Of a stretch of DNA of 25,182 nt, positions 1 to 7,225 are shown one piece after another. The notes under the pieces are model-generated. The model worked only from the letters and a program-made list of their open reading frames with translations. It had not been told where the DNA came from and did not search any database. The stretch covers positions 1 to 25,182 of the forward strand of contig JAAYBE010000275.1 of NCBI GenBank assembly GCA_012719015.1, given 5' to 3'. Source of the DNA: Actinomycetota bacterium. GTDB lineage: Bacteria > Actinomycetota > Thermoleophilia > UBA2241. The position numbers and the translations under genes are program-made. Positions within the stretch are counted from its first letter, which is position 1. The number at the start of each line of letters is the position of its first letter.

Positions 1-1
1 A

Positions 2-349
2 TCGCTGCGCGCGGCGCCCGAACGGGTCCCCGTCGCCGCCCTCGCCTGCGTCCTCGCCTTCACGGTGGCCAACAAGGTGCTCTCGCCGCAGTTCCTCTGC
101 TGGACGTTCCCGCTGGTGGCGCTGGTGGTGGTCGGCCGCGGCGCGCTGCAGCGCATCACGGGGATCCTCACGCTCGGCGCCATCGCCCTCACCCAGGTCG
201 AGTTCCCGTATCTGTACTGGCGAATGGTGAGCCTGGAGCCCGGGCCGGTCGCCGTCGTCGCGGCGCGCAACGCCGTGCTCGTCGGCGCGGCCGCCCTGGC
301 GGCAGTCACCGTGTGGCGGCTGCCGCGAGATGCCGGCGCAGGCGGCTGA
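2..349 (+). CDS. Glycosyltransferase family 87 (DUF2029-like) membrane protein, C-terminal part; 5' end lies outside the window
   Basis: The frame is open from base 2 (SLRAAPERVPVAALACVLAFTVANKVLSPQFLCW...TQVEFPYLYW...RNAVL...VWRLP). It aligns by eye with the C-terminus of the GT87 at 1560-2855 (KVLSPQY, TQAEFP, RN, WRLP). Confidence 0.85.
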   Translation, partial: SLRAAPERVPVAALACVLAFTVANKVLSPQFLCWTFPLVALVVVGRGALQRITGILTLGAIALTQVEFPYLYWRMVSLEPGPVAVVAARNAVLVGAAALAAVTVWRLPRDAGAGG

Positions 350-406
350 GACGCCGATGCCGGCCGTCGCGGACGGCACGCGCCGCGCCGCCGCCCACTG
401 CCCGGA

Positions 407-796
407 TCAGGGCTCCTCCTCGCCCGCGCCGTCGCCGCTCGGGGTCGGATAGAAGACCGCGAAGAGCAGCGGACAGGCCAGGGAGAGCGGGACCAGCACC
501 CAGGCCCTGTCCGGGCCGCCGTGGCTGTGTGCGACGGCGTGCGCCGCGATCATCACCGTGGCCATCGCCGTGAACGCGATGATGACCTGCACGACCACCC
601 GGGACTCCCACGGGTCGCGCACGGCCCGGGCGGCGCCGAACGCGAGCGCCAGGATCGCCGCCGACAGGATGTGGCCCGACGTGGTACCCGAGAGATCCCC
701 CGTGCCGGGAAGCCCGAGCGCCAGCACCGCGGCGATGCCGACGCTGCTGGTCGCGTAGACGGCGAGCAGAATGCGGCACGCTCCGTTCTTCGTCAT
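407..796 (-). CDS. Small membrane protein of unknown function (129 aa, about 4 hydrophobic helices)
   Basis: ATG at 796 is preceded by a strong SD (GGGGAGGAG-cg-ATG). The product MTKNGACRILLAVY...FAVFYP has four hydrophobic stretches. The longer 1003 start in the track adds low-complexity sequence. Confidence 0.7.
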   Translation of the reverse strand: MTKNGACRILLAVYATSSVGIAAVLALGLPGTGDLSGTTSGHILSAAILALAFGAARAVRDPWESRVVVQVIIAFTAMATVMIAAHAVAHSHGGPDRAWVLVPLSLACPLLFAVFYPTPSGDGAGEEEP

Positions 797-829
797 CGCT
801 CCTCCCCGAAGAAGCATCCGGCACGGGAG

Positions 830-835
830 ATGGTA
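830..835 (-). promoter_or_regulatory. Candidate -10 element (TACCAT) for the 407-796 gene
   Basis: TAnnnT hexamer about 35 nt upstream of the ATG in GC-rich intergenic DNA; no clear -35. Confidence 0.3.
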
Positions 836-997
836 CTGCACGTCGACCCGCCGGCGGTCGTCCCCTTCCGCGTGCTCGCCGCGCGGCGCCGCGGCGGGGC
901 GCGGCGCCGCGCGCGACGACCGTGGGCCGAGCCCCGCGCAGGGGCCGTGGACGCGGACGCGCGGACGAGCCGGTTTCCGCGCCGGCGGGGCTTCGCA

Positions 998-1003
998 TAT
1001 CAT
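998..1003 (+). promoter_or_regulatory. Candidate -10 element (TATCAT) for the GtrA/GT87 unit
   Basis: AT-rich hexamer close to TATAAT in a very GC-rich divergent spacer, 75 nt upstream of GTG 1078. The same hexamer occurs upstream of the GT2 gene (13596-13601). Confidence 0.4.
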
Positions 1004-1077
1004 CGTCCCGGCCGCCGGCCGCGCGGCCGACGCTGCGGCGCCGCGCGGCCGTCCCTTCCCACCGCGCCGGGTGATCC

Positions 1078-1563
1078 GTGGAAGTCGCCCTCAAGAAGAG
1101 TCTCGGGCAGTTCGTCAGGTTCTGCTTCGTCGGCGCCAGCGGCGTCGTCGTCAACCTGGCGGTGTTCACCGCCGTGCTGCTCGTCTGGACGCTCGCCGCC
1201 GGCCGCATCCATTCGTTCGTCGACCTCGGCAACTCGATCGTCGACCTCGCCGTCCACAAGGACACGCGCGCCGTGCCGGCGACGGCCGCGTTCGTCGCCA
1301 ACGCGGCCGGATTCGTCGTCTCGGTGTTCACGAACTACGTCCTCAACCGGCGCTGGACGTTCCGCTCCTCGGGCGCGGTCCGCAGCGAGCTGCCCAAGTT
1401 CTTCACCGTCAGCGTCACCGCCTACCTGGTGCAGCTGGCCGCATTCTGGCTGCTGCACGGCCCGGCGCAGATGGCGCCGCTGCCCAGTCAGCTGGTCGCG
1501 ATCGCCTGTGTGATGCCGATCAACTTCGTCCTCAACAAGCTGTGGAGCTTCCGCGGGGCGTGA
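1078..1563 (+). CDS. GtrA family protein (putative polyprenyl-phosphate-sugar translocase)
   Basis: 161 aa with typical GtrA motifs QFVRFCFVGASGVVVNLAVF, NYVLNRRWTF and NFVLNKLWSF; four TM segments. Confidence 0.9.
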   Translation: MEVALKKSLGQFVRFCFVGASGVVVNLAVFTAVLLVWTLAAGRIHSFVDLGNSIVDLAVHKDTRAVPATAAFVANAAGFVVSVFTNYVLNRRWTFRSSGAVRSELPKFFTVSVTAYLVQLAAFWLLHGPAQMAPLPSQLVAIACVMPINFVLNKLWSFRGA

Positions 1564-2855
1564 GCGACGACCGCGGGATGCCTTCACCCGCGGCGCCGCA
1601 CCACTCGCCGAACGTGTGGCTCGCCGCGGGCGCCGCGTTCCTGCTCACCGTGCTCGTGATCGGCGGCCTCTTCCCCAATCTCTGGTACGGGATGCACGAC
1701 ATCACCGACCTGCCGGTCTACTGGGGCTACGCCTCGCGCATCGCCGCCGGGGAGGCGCCGTACACGCCGTCGTTCGAGGTCGAGTATCCCCCGCTCGCCG
1801 TGGCGCTCTTCCGCCTGCCGGGCCACACGGAGAGCGAGCGTCTGTACGGCATCTGGTTCAACGTCGTGATGGCGGCGATCACGGCGGCGACCGGCGCCGT
1901 GACGGCCTTCGTCGCCTGCCGATCGTGGCCCCGTGGAGGCCGTGCGTACGTGGCCGCGGTGTTGTTCCCGGTGGGCGTGGCGCTGATCGGGACGATCGTC
2001 ATCAACCGGTACGACGTGGCCGTGGCTCTGCTGGTCGCGGTGTTCATCCTCTGCCTCGCCGAGCGCGGGTACGCCGCGGCCGCGTTCGTGGTCGGCATGG
2101 GCTTCGCGCTCAAGATCACCCCGCTGGCGCTGCTGCCGCTGGTGCTGCTGCTGGTCGGGCCGCCGCGACGCTGGTCCTGGCCGCTGGTCGCCTTCGGCGC
2201 CGCAGCCGCCGCGCCCTTCCTGCCCTACGTGTTCAGATCCTGGCCCGGGGTGTGGCACACCTTCCAGTACCATCTCGAGCGGCCGCTGCAGATCGAGAGC
2301 GTGCTGGGGACCCCGCAGCTGCTCGGTCAGCTGCTGGGGGCCGGCTGGGCGTCGTGGACCTGGAGCCACGGATCGCACTCGCTGGTGGCGCCGGGCGCCG
2401 GGCTCGCGGCCGATGTGAGCGGCGGGCTGACGCTGCTCGCCGTGGCCGCCGTCTACCTCCTCGCCTGGCTGCGGCGCGAGCACCTGCGGCGCGCGCCGGC
2501 CGACCAGGCGATCGTCGTACTCGCCCTGCTGCTGGCGCTCATGACCTTCGGCAAGGTGCTCTCGCCGCAGTACTTCATCTGGATCCTGCCCGCCTGGGCG
2601 CTGGTCGCCTGCCGCGACGTCTGGGTCGGTACGCTCGGCGGCCTCACCCTGGCGCTGACGCAGGCGGAGTTCCCGGCCCAGTACTGGAACCTGCTCGAGA
2701 TGCAGCCGGCGCCGCTGGCCGTCGTGGTGGTCCGCAACACACTGCTGCTGGTGACGTTCGCGGTCACCCTGTGGCGCGTGTGGCGGCTGCCGGCAGGCCC
2801 GGTCGCGGCGGCGCGACCGGAGGCGACGACGCGGCCTCTTCACGCCTCCCGGTAG
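1560..2855 (+). CDS. Glycosyltransferase family 87 (GT-C fold, polyprenyl-phosphate-sugar dependent)
   Basis: GTG 1560 overlaps the GtrA stop (GTGA); ATG 1578 is an alternative start. Polytopic protein with DLPVY...GEAPY...EYPPLA, RYD, GFALKITP, HLERPLQIES and KVLSPQY motifs. Confidence 0.88.
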   Translation: MSDDRGMPSPAAPHHSPNVWLAAGAAFLLTVLVIGGLFPNLWYGMHDITDLPVYWGYASRIAAGEAPYTPSFEVEYPPLAVALFRLPGHTESERLYGIWFNVVMAAITAATGAVTAFVACRSWPRGGRAYVAAVLFPVGVALIGTIVINRYDVAVALLVAVFILCLAERGYAAAAFVVGMGFALKITPLALLPLVLLLVGPPRRWSWPLVAFGAAAAAPFLPYVFRSWPGVWHTFQYHLERPLQIESVLGTPQLLGQLLGAGWASWTWSHGSHSLVAPGAGLAADVSGGLTLLAVAAVYLLAWLRREHLRRAPADQAIVVLALLLALMTFGKVLSPQYFIWILPAWALVACRDVWVGTLGGLTLALTQAEFPAQYWNLLEMQPAPLAVVVVRNTLLLVTFAVTLWRVWRLPAGPVAAARPEATTRPLHASR

Positions 2856-2869
2856 GGGAAGGCTGGCCG

Positions 2870-3118
2870 GTGGCCGGCACTGAATCTGCGCCGGAGCTCA
2901 CCCTTCGCGGCGCCGCGCGGAGCCTTGGCGATGACGCAGGACGACTGCAGGTCACAGCCGTCGCCCAGGACCACGTTGACGGCGACGCGCCGCATCGGGT
3001 CGTCGTGTGGAGCAGGGACAGACGAGGCCATGCGGGAATCCGACAGAGTCGGGCGGTGAGGGTCGTCGGCGCGGCGGGACCTGGGGCGCCCTCAGGCGCG
3101 GATCCGGCAGCCCCCTGA
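2870..3118 (+). pseudogene. Possible small or decayed ORF resembling a bacterial Ig-like (DUF5011/HYR-type) module, 82 aa
   Basis: GTG preceded by GGGGAAGG. Translation VAGTESAPELTLRG...VTAVAQDHVDGDAPHRVVVWSRDRRGHAGIRQSRAVRVV echoes PxLTLxG, ATATDNVDGD and TVTxxDxAGN...RTVxVV. About 23 of 82 codons end in A/T, more than in flanking genes. Confidence 0.3.
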
Positions 3119-3131
3119 CCGCTCGCCCGCC

Positions 3132-4160
3132 TCAGACCCCGGGGCCGTGAGTCGCCGCGATGGTCTGCACGCCGCCGTGGTCGCGCAGTGACCGCTCGGC
3201 GGCCTCGAGGGAGGCGACGACCTGCAATCCGGCGCGGCCGTCGGTGATCGGCCGCCGGCCGGTCGTGACGCACTCGATGAAGTGGCTCGCCTCCGCGAAC
3301 AGCGGCTCGACCGTGTCGAGCCGGGGGGCGACGATGTCGCCGGTGCGGTAGGAGAGGTGGAACTCGCCGAAGCTCTCGGGCTCCTTGTAGTCGACGCCGT
3401 GGTCGAAGATCTTGACTTTCTCGACGCTCTCCGTGTCGTCGTAGAGAGCCATGCGCCGGCTCCCGACGACCACCGTGCGCCGTAGCTTGACCGGCGAGAG
3501 CCAGGCGATGTCGACGTTGGCGACCACCCCGGAGGGGAAGCGCAGGTTGACGAACGCCACGTCGGGGATCTCCGGGACGATGCAGCCGCGCCCCGTGACG
3601 TACACGCTGGAGGCCGACTCCCCGAGCCAGTAGTACAGGATCGAGAGGTCGTGCGTGGCGAGGTCCCAGACCACGCTCACGTCCTTCTGGTGCAGCCCCA
3701 GGTTCACGCGCGAGGATGTGATGAAGTGGATGTCGCCCAGGCTGCCGTCGTGGATGAGCTCCCCGAGCTTGCGGACCGGCGGGCTGAAGACGAAGGTGTG
3801 GCCGACCATCAGCGTGAGCCCCGTCTCGCCGGCGAGCCGCACGAGCTCCTCGGCGTCGGCTGTCGAGCTCGTCATGGGCTTCTCGACGAAGACGTGCTTG
3901 CCGGCCCGCAGCGCGGCCGCGGCGAGGTCGAAGTGCGTGGAGATCGGCGTGGCGATCACCACGGCGTCGACGGCGGGGTCCGCCAGCACCTCGTCGTAAC
4001 TCCCGCTGACCGCCTGCGCCGGGTACCGTCTACGCACCTTCTCGAGGGCCTCGGGGCGCCGGTCGCAGACCCACGCGACCGAGACGCCGGGGACCTCGAG
4101 GTAGTTGCGCAGGAGGTTCGGGCCCCAGTAGCCGTACCCCACGATCGCCACGTTCGTCAT
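3132..4160 (-). CDS. Gfo/Idh/MocA family NAD-dependent oxidoreductase (probable nucleotide-sugar dehydrogenase)
   Basis: 342 aa; N-terminal Rossmann VAIVGYGYWG, HVFVEKP, VGHTF and DLATHD motifs; SD GGAGGG before ATG. Confidence 0.93.
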   Translation of the reverse strand: MTNVAIVGYGYWGPNLLRNYLEVPGVSVAWVCDRRPEALEKVRRRYPAQAVSGSYDEVLADPAVDAVVIATPISTHFDLAAAALRAGKHVFVEKPMTSSTADAEELVRLAGETGLTLMVGHTFVFSPPVRKLGELIHDGSLGDIHFITSSRVNLGLHQKDVSVVWDLATHDLSILYYWLGESASSVYVTGRGCIVPEIPDVAFVNLRFPSGVVANVDIAWLSPVKLRRTVVVGSRRMALYDDTESVEKVKIFDHGVDYKEPESFGEFHLSYRTGDIVAPRLDTVEPLFAEASHFIECVTTGRRPITDGRAGLQVVASLEAAERSLRDHGGVQTIAATHGPGV

Positions 4161-4182
4161 GCCGCCCTCCGGCCGGTCGCGC

Positions 4183-5709
4183 TCATGCGGCTCCGTGGCC
4201 GAGCAGGGCGGCCGGCACCGTGCGCAGGCACAGCGAGGCGTCGACGAGGGTGTCGCGCGAGCAGTGGTACAGGATGTCCTGGAACACCATGTCGTCGAAG
4301 CCGACGCGGCTCCGCCCGTCCACCTGCCAGACGCCGGTGATGCCGGGCTTCACCTCCAGCCGGCGGTGGTGCCAGGGCTGATAGACGGCGACCTCGTAGG
4401 GCAGCGGCGGACGCGGCCCGACAAGGCTCATGTCGCCGACGAGGACGTTCCAGAGCTGCGGCAACTCGTCCAGCGAATACCGCCTGAGAAAGCGGCCGAC
4501 GGCGGTGACGCGCGGGTCGTCGACGAGCTTGAAGACCTCCTGCTCCTCGCCTTCGACGCGCTGCGTCCTGGTCTCGGCCTCGCCGTTGATGAGCGCCCGC
4601 ATGTACTCGCGGTGGGCGTCCGCGCCGACGCCGTGCCGCATGCTGCGGAACTTGTAGAGTTTGAAGGGACCGCCACCGAGGCCGATGCGCTCCTGCGCGT
4701 ACAGCACAGGCCCGCGTGAGGTGAGCTTCACGGCGAGCGCACAGACCAGAAGCAGCGGGGAGAGCGCGATCAGCGCCCCAGCCGAGACCACCACGTCCGT
4801 GGCCCGCTTGAGCGGCGCGCGACGACGCTCCCCCGGGGCACGTCGCACACGCACCACCGGAGCCTCGAAGAGGTCGATGAGCAGGCGGCGCCCGGCGAGC
4901 GGACGCAGACGGTTGGAGACCACGTACACCGTGACCCCGTGGCGCCGACCGACCGCGATCAGGTCGAGCGTCTCCGCGATCGTCACGCTGCGCGCATCGA
5001 CGAACAGGGAGCCGACCGCGAGCCGGCGGTCGCCGGACTGCCCGCTCAGATGCTGGTCCACGCGAGCGGCCACATGCTGTTCCCGGCCGCCGTCCACGAG
5101 ATCCACGCGGTCGAACCCGTTGAGCATGGTCAGCCGCTCGCGCAACGGTTCGGTCCGGTACGGCCAGCCCACCACCAGGGTCCGGCCCATGTCCTCGCGG
5201 AAGCGGCGGCCGAGGACGCGCGAGAGTACGAGCGTGCGCACCACGGCGGCAAATACGAAGAAGAACGCGAAAGCTCCGACGGCCGTGAGCCGCGATTCGA
5301 AGGCGACGGGGAGGTGCAGCAGGTACACGACGAGAGCGCTGATCGCCGCCGACCACAGCATCGCCTTGGCCAGGGTGAGCAGGTGCAGGGCGCGGTGCGC
5401 GAGAAGCTCACGCTCGTACAGGCCGAGCGCGTGGAAGACGACGAAGGTGATCAGCAGCGGCACGAGCATCGACCAGCTGGGGTCGAGCGGGAGCGCCTCT
5501 CCGACCGCGACCACCTCGGCGTGGAACGTGAGCGCGAGACCGTAAGCGACCAGGCCGAAGGAGAGGTCGGTGAACAGGAACCAGCGGGCGGGGTGCAGGC
5601 GCGGCCCCGTCGGCGCCGAGACCTTCGGATCCACGGCGACCAGATGCCGGGAGACGACGCTGCTCTCCATCGCCCGCTCCTCGACGCCGGTGACCCTCAT
5701 CGCCGCCAC
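4183..5709 (-). CDS. Priming polyprenyl-phosphate glycosylphosphotransferase (bacterial sugar transferase, WcaJ/CpsE-like)
   Basis: 508 aa; N-terminal TM helices and a C-terminal domain with [48 protein letters not shown] and [10 protein letters not shown]; SD GGGAGGAGGG before GTG 5709. Confidence 0.95.
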   Translation of the reverse strand: MAAMRVTGVEERAMESSVVSRHLVAVDPKVSAPTGPRLHPARWFLFTDLSFGLVAYGLALTFHAEVVAVGEALPLDPSWSMLVPLLITFVVFHALGLYERELLAHRALHLLTLAKAMLWSAAISALVVYLLHLPVAFESRLTAVGAFAFFFVFAAVVRTLVLSRVLGRRFREDMGRTLVVGWPYRTEPLRERLTMLNGFDRVDLVDGGREQHVAARVDQHLSGQSGDRRLAVGSLFVDARSVTIAETLDLIAVGRRHGVTVYVVSNRLRPLAGRRLLIDLFEAPVVRVRRAPGERRRAPLKRATDVVVSAGALIALSPLLLVCALAVKLTSRGPVLYAQERIGLGGGPFKLYKFRSMRHGVGADAHREYMRALINGEAETRTQRVEGEEQEVFKLVDDPRVTAVGRFLRRYSLDELPQLWNVLVGDMSLVGPRPPLPYEVAVYQPWHHRRLEVKPGITGVWQVDGRSRVGFDDMVFQDILYHCSRDTLVDASLCLRTVPAALLGHGAA

Positions 5710-5733
5710 GCTGTCCCTCCTCCCTTCAGTCCG

Positions 5734-6888
5734 TCAGGCCGTGGCCTCGGCGAGCGCCGTCACCACGCGGGCGCGCTGCTCGCCCGTGATCTCCGGGAAC
5801 ATCGGCAGCGAGAGGATCCGCTCGGCCCGGCGCTCAGCCGCCGGGAAGTCGCCACGTCCGTAGCCCAGCTCCGCGTACGCGGGCTGCAGATGCAGCGGCA
5901 CGGGATAGTGGATCCCCGAATCGACCCCTCGCTCTCCCACCCGTTCCCGGACCTCGTCTCTCCCGTCCACCATCACCACGTACAGGTGGTGGACGCCCTC
6001 GGAGCCGTCACTGCGTTCCGTGACGGTCACCCCTTGCCTTCCCGCCAGGGCCGAATCGTAGTCCGCGGCGGCGGCGCGACGAGCCTCGTTCCAGGCGGTG
6101 AGCCTCGGCAGCTTCACGAGCAGGAACGCCGCCTGGAGGTTGTGCAGCCGGTCGCAGTAGCCGACCACGCGGTGGGTGTACTTGTCCTCCTGCCCGTGGT
6201 CACGGTAGAGGCGCACCGCCTCGGCCGCGGCGCGGTCGCGCGTGGTCACCGCCCCACCGTCGCCGAGAGCGCCCAGGTTCTTGCCCGGGTAGAAGCTGAA
6301 CGCGGCGGTGGCGCCCAGCGAGCCCGCCGGCCGACCCTTGTACCTCGCCCCGTGAGCCTGACAGGCGTCCTCGACGACGGCGAGACCGTGGCGGGACGCC
6401 GTCTCCGCGACCGCGTCCATATCGACTGTCTGCCCGTACAGGTGCACAGGCACGACCGCGGAGGTGCGCGGCGTGACCGCCGCTCCCACGGCGGCGGGGT
6501 CCATGAGTCCGCTGCCCTCGAGGCAATCGACGAACACGGGCGTGGCTCCGATGTGGCTCACGGCCTCCGCCGTGGCGATGAAGGTGTTGACCGGGACGAT
6601 GACATCGTCCCCCGGACGCACTCCGGCCGCGAGCAGCGCGAGCTTGAGCGCATCGGTGCCGGAGCTCACCCCGACGGCGTGGTCGCAGCCGCAGAAGGCG
6701 GCGAAGGACTCCTCGAACCGCGCCAGCTCCGGCCCCAGTGTGTAGGCGGCCCGCTCGACCACCGAGCGGAAGGCGGCGTCGAGTTCGACCCGCAGGTCCG
6801 CCGCCTGACGCTTGAGATCTACGAACGGAACGCGCGGGGCGGCGACATCGCCGCCTCGCGGCGCCCGGACACGGCCGGTGCTTCTCAC
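5734..6888 (-). CDS. DegT/DnrJ/EryC1/StrS family PLP-dependent sugar aminotransferase
   Basis: VPFVDL start, SSGTDAL, PVHLYGQ, VEDACQAHG, FSFYPGKNLGALGDGG (PLP lysine), HYPVPLHLQ and LSLPMFP. GTG 6888 has GGGAG upstream; the exact start is somewhat uncertain. Confidence 0.95.
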   Translation of the reverse strand: MRSTGRVRAPRGGDVAAPRVPFVDLKRQAADLRVELDAAFRSVVERAAYTLGPELARFEESFAAFCGCDHAVGVSSGTDALKLALLAAGVRPGDDVIVPVNTFIATAEAVSHIGATPVFVDCLEGSGLMDPAAVGAAVTPRTSAVVPVHLYGQTVDMDAVAETASRHGLAVVEDACQAHGARYKGRPAGSLGATAAFSFYPGKNLGALGDGGAVTTRDRAAAEAVRLYRDHGQEDKYTHRVVGYCDRLHNLQAAFLLVKLPRLTAWNEARRAAAADYDSALAGRQGVTVTERSDGSEGVHHLYVVMVDGRDEVRERVGERGVDSGIHYPVPLHLQPAYAELGYGRGDFPAAERRAERILSLPMFPEITGEQRARVVTALAEATA

Positions 6889-7072
6889 TGTGTCTGCTCC
6901 CGACGATCCTCGTGGCAGGCCCTAGACTACCCTGTCGGAGGGCGCCCCGCGCTGGGTTGTTCGTCTAGAGCCGACCGGCCCGGGCGCCCCAGGAGCCGGC
7001 GGGCGGCCCGGCACGCCCGGCGCCGTCCCCTGCCGTCCGCCGCACCCGACGATCGGCCACGGCAACAAGTGC

Positions 7073-7086
7073 TGTCAGGTCTGACA
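7073..7086. promoter_or_regulatory. Perfect inverted repeat TGTCAG-GT-CTGACA, candidate operator in the DegT/Wzc divergent spacer
   Basis: 6-bp perfect arms that are relatively AT-rich for this spacer; a one-mismatch copy lies at 8929-8942. Confidence 0.4.
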
Positions 7087-7183
7087 ACGGTGGAGCGAGG
7101 GGGCCTGTCCTCCCGCCGCCCCGATGACCGCGACACGAGAACGGCCGGAGACGCCTCCCAGGACGCCGCGGCGCCACGGCGGC

Positions 7184-7189
7184 TATAAT
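7184..7189 (+). promoter_or_regulatory. Consensus -10 box TATAAT for the wzc-like gene
   Basis: Perfect TATAAT in very GC-rich DNA, 36 nt before TTG 7226, which has SD GGGGAGGG; no convincing -35. Confidence 0.6.
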
Positions 7190-7225
7190 CCCCGGACGAC
7201 TGCTCGCGAGGGGAGGGCGAACGCG

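Noticed and set aside
2840-3031. 63-aa minus-strand ORF in the GT87/dehydrogenase spacer
   Set aside because: No motif or good SD; it overlaps the GT87 stop and is antisense to the better-supported Ig-like frame.
4939-7188. Long antisense or alternate-frame ORFs (also 11855-13618, 14398-16329, 18814-20787, 21830-24142, 9407-10945)
   Set aside because: They mirror well-supported genes on the other strand or frame, have no recognisable motifs and reflect stop-codon scarcity at this GC content.
7124-7225. Upstream ATG 7124 as the wzc start
   Set aside because: It lies upstream of the TATAAT box, adds low-complexity residues and lacks a well-spaced SD, whereas TTG 7226 has a strong SD.
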